Shown here in pieces: positions 1 to 7,804 of a DNA stretch of 64,000 nucleotides. The notes beneath the pieces were generated by a model. It did not search any database. It was given only the letters and a program-made list of their open reading frames with translations, and was not told where the DNA came from. The DNA comes from Myxococcota bacterium (GTDB lineage: Bacteria > Myxococcota_A > UBA9160 > JAFDDA01), in assembly GCA_965228475.1 (NCBI GenBank), contig OZ245817.1, positions 2,144,001 through 2,208,000 on the forward strand, given 5' to 3'. The stretch's first letter is position 1; every line of letters starts with the position of its first letter. The translations under genes and the position numbers were made by a program.

Positions 1-588
1 CTCGGCCGGGTCGTCTCGGGCCACAGCCAGCAGCCGCAGGGCGTCTATGGGCCCGACGATCGGGTGGCCTACACGGAGATGCGCGGCGGCCGGAACGCCG
101 ATCCGAGCCTCTCGATCTGGGTGACGACGGGGGCCGGGCGGCCCGAGCCGGTGACCGCGGGGCCGGCCGATGCGGGCCCGGTCTGGTCGCGCGATGGCCG
201 CTGGCTCCTGTTCGAGAACACGGGCCCGCGGGGTGAGCGGCGCATCATGGCCCTCGACCGCTCCAAGGAAGGCGCCGAGCCGCGGATCGTCGCTCGAGGC
301 GCCGACCCCGTGATCTCGCCGCGGGGCGACTGGGTCGTGTACTCCCGGGAGACGCGCGCCGGCTGGCGGCTCTGGCGCATGCGCCCCGACGGGTCGGGCA
401 AGAGTGCGCTCGGCGTTCGCAACCAGGGCGAGGCGGACGAGCGTGCGCCCACGATTTCGCCGGACGGACGCTACGTGGCGTACGTCGCGGACAAGGATCT
501 GCGTCAGCGGCTGCGTGTGCGCCGCATCGACGGAACCGGGGATCGGCCCCTGTTCGAGGATGGAGACGGCTCGCTTCCGGCCTGGTAG
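1..588 (+). CDS. TolB-like/PD40 beta-propeller protein, C-terminal part (5' end lies outside the window)
   Basis: Frame 1 is open from base 1. Repeated PD40-type motifs: PVWSRDGRWLLF, PVISPRGDWVVY, PTISPDGRYVAY. Confidence 0.75.
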   Translation, partial: LGRVVSGHSQQPQGVYGPDDRVAYTEMRGGRNADPSLSIWVTTGAGRPEPVTAGPADAGPVWSRDGRWLLFENTGPRGERRIMALDRSKEGAEPRIVARGADPVISPRGDWVVYSRETRAGWRLWRMRPDGSGKSALGVRNQGEADERAPTISPDGRYVAYVADKDLRQRLRVRRIDGTGDRPLFEDGDGSLPAW

Positions 589-662
589 GCCAGCCGCGAG
601 CTCGAGGAAACGGCGCCGTGTGGCCCGGGCGGGCCCGAGCGTTCGAGAGGAGTCAGCTGAAG

Positions 663-1934
663 ATGGGTGCGGAAAACGAAGCGAAGCAGGATCTCGTTCC
701 GGTTCACGGAGGTCTCTCGGCCCCGGTCGATCGGACGGTGCCGCTGTCCGAGCGCGCGGCCTTCCTCGAAGAGGCGTCCGGGCTGCCGAGGGTCCGGGTC
801 TCGCGCGCGGATCTCTCGACGGTGTATCGCTTCGGCGACGGCGCGCTCTCGCCGCTCGAGGGTCCGATGAAGGAGGCCGCCTGGCGGCGCGTGCTCGACG
901 AAGCCGTCGTCGAATCGGGCGGCAAGAAGTACGCCTGGGGCATCCCGCTCTCCCTGCCGCTCACCGACGCCGAGGCCTCCTCGATCTCGGCCGGTGGCGC
1001 CGCGGCCCTCGAGGACGAAGCCGGTACGGTCGTCGGCATCGTCGAAGACGCCGAGGTCTTCGACTGGGACAAGCCGGCGTACGTGAAGGGGGTCTACGGC
1101 ACCGAGCGCATGGATCACCCGGGCGGGGCCCAGGCGAACGACGACGAGCGCGGGAAGCTCCTCGGCGGGACGATCCGCGTCCTGCCCCAGCAGCACCCGA
1201 GCGAGTACGCCGAGTTCATGCTCTCGCCGCGCATGACGCGCGCCTTCATCCGCGACCGCAAGTGGGAGCGCGCGCTCGCCTTCCAGACGCGGAACCCGCT
1301 GCACCGCGCGCACGAGTACGCGCTCGTCGCCGGCGCCGAGCGGCTGACCGCGGCGGGCCACTTCACCGGCGTCGTTCTGAACCCGCTCGTCGGCGAACTC
1401 AAGGGCGACGACGTGCCGGCGGCGACGCGCATGCGCTGCTATCGCGAGCTGCACGACCGCGCGCTGCTCGGCGAGGGCGACCGCGATCCGTCGATCTGGG
1501 AGAAGGCCGGCTACGGACTGAACGAGGTCTTCGAGCTGATCGGTCTCGACATCAAGATGTTCTACGGCGGCCCGCGCGAGGCGATCATGCACGCGGTCTA
1601 CCGCCAGAACTACGGCTTCAGCGACATCGTGATCGGGCGCAAGCACGCCGATGCGCCGTACTTCGACGGGGACCCGATCTGGGGCGACTTCGACGCCCAG
1701 GAGATCTTCGAGAGCCTCCCGGGCGAGCTTCACATCCAGCCCTGCAAGATCGGCTTCGCGGCGTTCTACGAATCGCTCGGGCGGGTCGACCTGAACGAGA
1801 ACCACCCGGACGAGAAGCCCTACGGCATCAGCGGGACGAAGGTTCGCGAGCAGCTGAAGGGCGGCGAGCGGCCGGACGAGCGCATCATGCGCCCGGAGAT
1901 CGCCGACATCCTGATCGAGGCCTACCGCGGCTAG
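663..1934 (+). CDS. sat: Sulfate adenylyltransferase (Sat-type ATP sulfurylase)
   Basis: AFQTRNPLHRAHE and YGGPREAIMHA..RQNYG..IGRKHA motifs, plus ISGTKVRE. ATG at 663 with GAGGAG upstream. Confidence 0.92.
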   Translation: MGAENEAKQDLVPVHGGLSAPVDRTVPLSERAAFLEEASGLPRVRVSRADLSTVYRFGDGALSPLEGPMKEAAWRRVLDEAVVESGGKKYAWGIPLSLPLTDAEASSISAGGAAALEDEAGTVVGIVEDAEVFDWDKPAYVKGVYGTERMDHPGGAQANDDERGKLLGGTIRVLPQQHPSEYAEFMLSPRMTRAFIRDRKWERALAFQTRNPLHRAHEYALVAGAERLTAAGHFTGVVLNPLVGELKGDDVPAATRMRCYRELHDRALLGEGDRDPSIWEKAGYGLNEVFELIGLDIKMFYGGPREAIMHAVYRQNYGFSDIVIGRKHADAPYFDGDPIWGDFDAQEIFESLPGELHIQPCKIGFAAFYESLGRVDLNENHPDEKPYGISGTKVREQLKGGERPDERIMRPEIADILIEAYRG

Positions 1935-1958
1935 GGGCGGGGCCGGGAGGAGAGCCGC

Positions 1959-3068
1959 GTGAAGATCGGCGTCCCGCGCGAGACGAAGGATCGCGAGTAT
2001 CGCGTCGGGATCACTCCCGACGGCGCCCGGATGCTCGTCGGGCAGGGGCACACCGTGGTCGCCGAGCGCGGCGCGGGCCTGGGCAGCGGCTTCACGGACG
2101 CGGACTACGAGAGCGCCGGGGCGGCCCTGGTCGATGCGGAAGAGGCCTTCTCCTCCGCCGACCTCGTGGTGAAGGTGAAGGAGCCCTCGCTCGAGGAGGC
2201 CGGGCGCCTCCACGCCGGCCAGACGCTCTTCACCTACCTCCATCTCGCGCCGGCGCCCGAGACGACGGCCGCGCTGCGCGAGGCGGAGGTCGTGGCGATC
2301 GCCTACGAGACGATCCGCTCGCCCGACGGCACGTTCCCGGTGCTCGCGCCCATGAGCGAGGTCGCCGGACGCCTCGCCGCGCAGGTCGGCGCCAACCTGC
2401 TCCAGAAGAACGCCGGCGGGCGGGGCCTCCTGCTCGGCGGGGTCCCGGGCGTGCCCCGCGGCCGCGTGTGCGTGGTGGGGGGCGGCGTCGTGGGCATCAA
2501 CGCCGTGCGGGTCGCCCATGCGCTCGGGGCCGAGGTCGACGTGCTCGACGTCGACCTGAAACGCCTGGCCTACGTCTACGACATCTTCTCGGGCGATCTC
2601 AACACGCTCTATTCGAACCCGGCCAACATCGAGCGATCGGTCACGACGAGCGACCTCGTGATCGGCGCGGTCTACGTCCACGGCCGCCGTGCGCCGTGTC
2701 TCGTCACCGACGCGATGGTCGATGCCATGGCCGAGGGTTCCGTGGTGGTGGACGTCGCGGTCGACCAGGGCGGTTGCGTCGAGACGATCCGGCCGACCAC
2801 GCACTCCGACCCGACCTACGAGGTCCACGGCGTGGTCCACTACGGGGTGGCGAACATGCCCGGGGCCGTCCCCCGGACCTCGACCTTCGCGCTCACGAAC
2901 ACGACCTTCCCCTACGTCGAGGCGATGGCCGGGCAGGGCGTCGCCGAGGCCATCCGCGGGGACGCCTCCCTCGCCGCCGGGGTGAATCTCGTGCGGGGGG
3001 CGGTCACGTGCGAGGGCGTCGCGGAGTCGCTCGGGCTCGAGTACGAACCGCTCGAAGGCGTCCTCTAG
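1959..3068 (+). CDS. ald: Alanine dehydrogenase
   Basis: MKIGVPRETKDREYRV, PMSEVAGR, GGGVVG, DVAVDQGGC and YGVANMPGAVPRTST. Confidence 0.96.
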   Translation: MKIGVPRETKDREYRVGITPDGARMLVGQGHTVVAERGAGLGSGFTDADYESAGAALVDAEEAFSSADLVVKVKEPSLEEAGRLHAGQTLFTYLHLAPAPETTAALREAEVVAIAYETIRSPDGTFPVLAPMSEVAGRLAAQVGANLLQKNAGGRGLLLGGVPGVPRGRVCVVGGGVVGINAVRVAHALGAEVDVLDVDLKRLAYVYDIFSGDLNTLYSNPANIERSVTTSDLVIGAVYVHGRRAPCLVTDAMVDAMAEGSVVVDVAVDQGGCVETIRPTTHSDPTYEVHGVVHYGVANMPGAVPRTSTFALTNTTFPYVEAMAGQGVAEAIRGDASLAAGVNLVRGAVTCEGVAESLGLEYEPLEGVL

Positions 3069-3086
3069 CGCGAGGCGCCGCGGTCC

Positions 3087-5357
3087 TCAGACCATGCGGA
3101 TGCGGGGCGTCGCCGAGGCCTGGAGCAGCGCTTCGGGCTCGAGCGCGTCCTCCGGGTGGGTGGCGTAGCCGAAGGCCAGGGCCACGCGCGCCGGGGCATC
3201 GACGTCGTCACTCGAGATCGCCTCGGCCGCGGCGCGCGCGAGGCGCGAGACGGCCTCGCCCGGGGCCGGGTCCGCCTCGGGAAGCAGGAAGCGGAACTCG
3301 GAGACGCCGGTCCGCGCGAGCACGTCGAAGCCGCGGGCGTGGCTGCGCAAAGCGCGGGCGAGGTGCTGCACGATGCGGGTCATCTGCTCCGGGCGCGCGG
3401 CGGCCGCGAGCTCCTGCCAGTTCTCGATGCGGCAGCTCCCGAGCACGAAACGGCTGCCGCGCTCGGCGGCGCGGGCGATCTCCTCGGCGAGCCGCTCGCG
3501 CAGGTAGCGCTCGTTGCCGAGGTCGGTCTCTTCGTCGCGGCCGGGCTGCTGACGCGCCCAGGACTGGACCGTCGCGTGGGCGAGGGCGCGCTCGACGTAG
3601 GACCCGAAGTGGGTGAAGAGCTCGAGGTCCTCCTCGCCGAAGACGGTCGAGTGGAAGCGGTCCGAGGGGACCTTGTCATAGAGCGCGATCGTGCCGATCA
3701 CGCGGCCGTCGCGTTGGAGCGGCACGACCATCGAAGACTGGACGCCGGCGTCGAGGACGCGGTTCGCGTCGTCGCGGTTCACGTCGGCGTGGCGGCAGGC
3801 GCTGCGCGTCTTCACCGCCTCGGCGCTGATGCGCTGGTCGAGGCGGAAGAGCTTCTCCTGCTGACGTCCGTCGGCGGGGCCGTAGTAGGAGCGGATCACG
3901 AAGCGGCCCGTGGTGTCGTCCCGGAGGCGGAGGATCACGTGGTCGCACTCGAGGATCATGGCGATCGAGCCGGAGGCCAGGCGGATCACCTCGTTCGGCT
4001 CGGGCTTGCGCAGGAGCTGGAGGGCCAGCTCGTTCATCGCCGTCACGCGGGTGGCGCGCGTGGCGAGCCGCGCTTCGCGCGAGGCGTTGGCGACCTCGGC
4101 GGCGGCGGCCTGGGCGATCTCGCTGAGCGAGCGCTCGGGGTTCGAGCCGAGCCGGTCCGGGAAGTCGCCGGTCTGGATCGAGAGCAGGCCGACGAGCCCG
4201 TCCGGCGTCACGAGGGGCAGGGCGGCGTAGGCGACCTGTCCGGGCTCGCGATGCAGGAACATCGGCGTGCGGTCCCGTGCGGCGCGGCCGTCGATGCCGT
4301 GGCCGATCTCGACGCGGTACTCGCCGCCGAAGCCTCCCCCGGAGAGCGAGGTCGCCTCGAGCCGCAGGGCGGTCTCGTCCCGGTCGTAGAGGTAGAGCGT
4401 CACGATGCCGCCGCCGACCCGGCGCGCGAGGCTGCGGCACAGGCGCGTGAGCCGCTCCTCCAGCGGCGTGCTGCGGTCGCCGAGGACGGCGTGGAGGTCG
4501 TGGAGGGTGTCGTAACGGCCGGCGCGGTCGCGCGCGCGCTGGTGTTCGCGCGCCCGGACCATGAGTGCGCCGGCGAGGCTCGCGAGCTGCTCGACGAAGC
4601 CGAGGTCCGCTTCGGGGAGGGCCTCCGGGTCCGAGTGGTGCGAGAGGTTCAGGACGCCGAGGGTCTCGCCCTCGTGGCGCAGGGGGGCCGAGAGCGCGGC
4701 TTCCACGCCGGCGCGCTCGCGCACGAGCTGGAACGCGCGAGCGTCGGCGCGGCCCGAGACCCGGACCGCGGCGCCGTCGGCGGCCACGCGGCCGGCGATG
4801 CCGTCGCCGAGCGGCACGCGGATCTTCTTCCAGAGCTCTCGCTCGATGCCGACGGCGGTGCGCACGCGCAGATCGCCGCTCTCGGGGTCGAGCAGCATCA
4901 CCGAGCCGGCGTCGGCCCGGGTGGCGCCGATCGCGACGTCGAGCACGCGCTCCGCGACGACGTCGGCGTCGTCCGAGAGCTCGTGGGCGTCGACGACCTC
5001 GCGCAGGGCTTCGAGCAGCTCGGCCTTGCGCGCGGCCTCGCTCGGAGCCTGGCCCCAGAGCAACCGCGCCGAGAGCGGCGAGAGGACCCGGACGTCTCCC
5101 TCGGGTGCGTGCAGGGAGCGGGCCGCGTCGATCAAGGTGTGGATGCGGGCTTCCCGGCCCAGGGCCGCCGGGTCGTCCGTCAGGAGATGGCCCTGGGCTT
5201 CGGCGCGGGTGGCATCGACGCGTTCGAAGCGGGCGCGCGCCGCCGGCAGGTCCGCATCGAAGATCGCCACGATCTCGAGGTCCGGGTGGGCCTCGAGCAT
5301 GGGGATCAGCCGGAGCGCTTCTTCGCTGGCTCCGTGAATGGCGATGCGTTTACGCAC
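3087..5357 (-). CDS. Signalling protein with a Rossmann-like N-terminus, three GAF-like domains and a degenerate GGDEF domain
   Basis: GAF signatures (GDGIAGRVA, APLRHEGETLGVLNL, VPLQRDGRVIGTI). C-terminal DEETDLGNERYL..RGFDVLARTGVSEF. GTG start inferred at 5357. Confidence 0.75.
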   Translation of the reverse strand: MRKRIAIHGASEEALRLIPMLEAHPDLEIVAIFDADLPAARARFERVDATRAEAQGHLLTDDPAALGREARIHTLIDAARSLHAPEGDVRVLSPLSARLLWGQAPSEAARKAELLEALREVVDAHELSDDADVVAERVLDVAIGATRADAGSVMLLDPESGDLRVRTAVGIERELWKKIRVPLGDGIAGRVAADGAAVRVSGRADARAFQLVRERAGVEAALSAPLRHEGETLGVLNLSHHSDPEALPEADLGFVEQLASLAGALMVRAREHQRARDRAGRYDTLHDLHAVLGDRSTPLEERLTRLCRSLARRVGGGIVTLYLYDRDETALRLEATSLSGGGFGGEYRVEIGHGIDGRAARDRTPMFLHREPGQVAYAALPLVTPDGLVGLLSIQTGDFPDRLGSNPERSLSEIAQAAAAEVANASREARLATRATRVTAMNELALQLLRKPEPNEVIRLASGSIAMILECDHVILRLRDDTTGRFVIRSYYGPADGRQQEKLFRLDQRISAEAVKTRSACRHADVNRDDANRVLDAGVQSSMVVPLQRDGRVIGTIALYDKVPSDRFHSTVFGEEDLELFTHFGSYVERALAHATVQSWARQQPGRDEETDLGNERYLRERLAEEIARAAERGSRFVLGSCRIENWQELAAAARPEQMTRIVQHLARALRSHARGFDVLARTGVSEFRFLLPEADPAPGEAVSRLARAAAEAISSDDVDAPARVALAFGYATHPEDALEPEALLQASATPRIRMV

Positions 5358-5474
5358 TCGGCTCGCCCATCTCCGGCAACAGGCCGGCCCTCCGAATCCA
5401 GGCCCTCTTCGGCGAGAGGCCAGGATCCCTGGGGAGTGAGTGCCGCGTTCGCGCCCGGCCGTGACGCCCGCTCT

Positions 5475-5516
5475 GCTGCGAGCTGCCAGCCGGCTGCGAT
5501 CTGCCACCCGGCTGCG
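5475..5516. repeat. 18-bp tandem repeat, about 2.3 copies, in the 5' region of the GAF gene
   Basis: GCTGCGAGCTGCCAGCCG / GCTGCGATCTGCCACCCG / GCTGCG; the two full units match at 16/18. Confidence 0.7.
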
Positions 5517-5523
5517 CACGGTG

Positions 5524-5540
5524 TGCATGCGCGGTGCCGG
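5524..5540 (-). promoter_or_regulatory. Candidate sigma-54 (-24/-12) promoter for the GAF/GGDEF gene
   Basis: Minus strand CCGGCACCGCGCATGCA = GG-N10-GC with GGCAC and TGCA. Confidence 0.4.
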
Positions 5541-6593
5541 CTAGGCGCGGGGCAGACTCCCGAGGTCGAGGGTGAGCACCAGCTCGCCCTCCCGCCCATC
5601 TTGATCGACCACCCGGAGGGGCAGCCGTAGGCGTCGTTCCGATTCGACGATCGGGGTCCCGCTCTCGACCAGCTTCAGGTCCAGGGGCTCGGCCGGCCCG
5701 GTCCGGGCGTCGAACCCGCCGGTGGCCGCGTCCCAGTGGTCGTCGAACACGCGCTCGGCCCGGCGGGCGGCGGCGTCGATGGCCTGGGCGACGCTGTCGC
5801 CGGTGCTGGAGGCCGGGGGCGCCGGCGGGGTGGCTTCCGGGGCGGTGTGCGCCTCGGGCTGGGTCCGATCCTCGGGGATCGTCGATTCTTCGGGAAGGGT
5901 GGACTCCCCCGGGACGGTCGATTCCTGATCGAAGGTCGGCACCGTCGTCCCGGGATGCTGGGGCAGGGTGACGCCGCCGCCCGGCTGGGTGACTCCGCCC
6001 GGGGGCAGCGTCAGCCCGGCGGCTTCGCGCCGGTTGCGGACCACGCGCTTCGAGATCGTCGTGAGGCTCTCGAGCACGCCGATGCCCCGGGTCGCGATGG
6101 CCTCGAAGGCGGCCGCGCGCAGGCCGATCTTGCGGTGGAGCTCCTCGACCGCGAGGTCGTCGGCTTCGTCCCGGTGGTTGTACTGAAGGACGACCGGCAC
6201 CTCGCCGAGGTCGCGGCCGTAGTCGGCGAGGACATCCCGGAGCTCCTCGAGGGAGGCGAGGTTCTCCGAGAGGCGGTCGCGCCGGGCGTCGATCACGAAG
6301 ACGACGCCGTCCACCTGATCGACGAGCTGCTTGCGCGTGCCCGTGTGCTCGGGGCCGCCGGGCAGGGCCATGACCTGGAGGCGCGTGCGGACGCCGGAGA
6401 TCTCGCCGAGTTCGATCGGCATGACCTCGTAGTGGACGCCCGGGTTCTCGGGGGTGGCGAGCCGCTCGAGTTCGCCGCGGTGGTCCGGGCGGAGCTTCTG
6501 GTGGATGCGCTCGAGGTTGGCCGTCTTCCCGGCCCCCGCGATGCCCCAATAGACGATCCGCGCGTTCACCACCTGCGTCGGCCCCTGAGCCAC
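5541..6593 (-). CDS. MglA-like small Ras-family GTPase, degenerate, with a T-x-P repeat linker and C-terminal extension
   Basis: NARIVYWGIAGAGKTANL (P-loop), DGVVFVIDA, VVLQYNHRD and FEAIATRGIGVLESL follow the MglA pattern. GTG at 6593. Confidence 0.8.
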   Translation of the reverse strand: MAQGPTQVVNARIVYWGIAGAGKTANLERIHQKLRPDHRGELERLATPENPGVHYEVMPIELGEISGVRTRLQVMALPGGPEHTGTRKQLVDQVDGVVFVIDARRDRLSENLASLEELRDVLADYGRDLGEVPVVLQYNHRDEADDLAVEELHRKIGLRAAAFEAIATRGIGVLESLTTISKRVVRNRREAAGLTLPPGGVTQPGGGVTLPQHPGTTVPTFDQESTVPGESTLPEESTIPEDRTQPEAHTAPEATPPAPPASSTGDSVAQAIDAAARRAERVFDDHWDAATGGFDARTGPAEPLDLKLVESGTPIVESERRLRLPLRVVDQDGREGELVLTLDLGSLPRA

Positions 6594-6643
6594 TAGATCC
6601 GCCCCTTCATCGTCCGAACCCGCGCCACTAGATCTTCCCCTTC
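6589..6643. repeat. 20-bp direct repeat duplicating a stop/start junction
   Basis: GCCACTAGATCCGCCCCTTC (6589-6608) vs GCCACTAGATCTTCCCCTTC (6624-6643), 18/20 identical. Confidence 0.75.
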
Positions 6644-7743
6644 TTGACGAGCAGTCGCCGCGCATGACTCGATACCGCAGACGGGACGTCTTTGCTCTTC
6701 ATGATCGCGCGCAGATCGCGATCCTGGAGGTGATTGACGAACTTCATGGCGGTCGGGGCCGGGCACTTGGGGTTCGTCGCCAGGCCGAGCTTGACCTGGT
6801 ACGCCCGGGTCCACTCCCGGTTCGTGGCGATCACGCGGATGACGTCGTCGCAGAGGTTCCGCGCCTTGGCGAAGCCGGCGACCTCGCCGTCGGTGATCTT
6901 CGGGCTGCGGATCGCCGCCGTCGCCACGATCTTGTTCTTGTCCCGGACGAGCAGGCCGCGGGCCTCCTTGTTGCCCACGCGGGCCAGCTTGATGCGGCCC
7001 ATGACCGACATCGTCTGGACGCGTTGGTAGAGGCTGCCGCGCTCCTCCTCGGACATCTCCTCGTCGCTGTCCTCGACGAGGCGCCGGTCGAGGTCGCCGT
7101 GCTCGTCGCCGAGGACGGCCGCGAGGGCCGCCCGGGCCGCCTCGTCGGTGATCTCCTCGGGGTCCGGCCACTCGTCCTGGCGCTCGGTCGTCTCCGGCAC
7201 TTCGGCCTCGCTCCGTTCGAGACCGAGGAAAGAGAGGATGCGGTCGATCTGGGCGCGTCCCGTGAGCGGGTTGTCGCCGAGCACGTCGACGATCTCCGGT
7301 CGCCGCAGGAGCCGCTGCTGGTTGTTGCAGATGATGTCCACGACGCGCCGGTGCGGAAGGCTCGCGAGGTACTCGATCGTGGCATCGTCGCAGGCCGCGT
7401 TCAGCGCGAGCTTCTCGGAGACGTCGGCGTCGTCCTTGTGGACCTGGGCCAGGTAGGAGAGCACCGCGGGGTTCGTCGGGCCGGTGACGACGGGCTCGCG
7501 CACGTTCTCCGGCAGCCCCTCGAGGCTCTCCCGGGCCCGAGCCTTGACCTCGGCGTCCGGGTCGTGACAGAGGACGAACAGGACCGTCGCGAGTTCGACC
7601 GGCGGCAAGGGCAGGGCGCCGCCGGCGGCCATGCGCCGCGCCTCGACCGGCGCGTCGCGCCGGCAATAGCGCTCCGCCTCCGGCGAGAGCCGGAGCTTGA
7701 TCGTCTGCTTCGCGCCCGCTTGTTTCGTGCCCGGTTCGGGCAT
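6628..7743 (-). CDS. Conserved helical-repeat (HEAT/LRV-like) hypothetical protein
   Basis: GALPLPPVEL, LALNAAC, LGDNP, RIKLARVGNKEAR.LLVRD and LATNPKCP. Lies between the EF-G paralogue and the MglA-like gene. Confidence 0.7.
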   Translation of the reverse strand: MPEPGTKQAGAKQTIKLRLSPEAERYCRRDAPVEARRMAAGGALPLPPVELATVLFVLCHDPDAEVKARARESLEGLPENVREPVVTGPTNPAVLSYLAQVHKDDADVSEKLALNAACDDATIEYLASLPHRRVVDIICNNQQRLLRRPEIVDVLGDNPLTGRAQIDRILSFLGLERSEAEVPETTERQDEWPDPEEITDEAARAALAAVLGDEHGDLDRRLVEDSDEEMSEEERGSLYQRVQTMSVMGRIKLARVGNKEARGLLVRDKNKIVATAAIRSPKITDGEVAGFAKARNLCDDVIRVIATNREWTRAYQVKLGLATNPKCPAPTAMKFVNHLQDRDLRAIMKSKDVPSAVSSHARRLLVKKGKI

Positions 7744-7804
7744 GCCTGCGTCACCCCCCGCGACGCGGCGTCGTCCCCGGGCCCGGCCGTCCGCCGGGCC
7801 GCCT

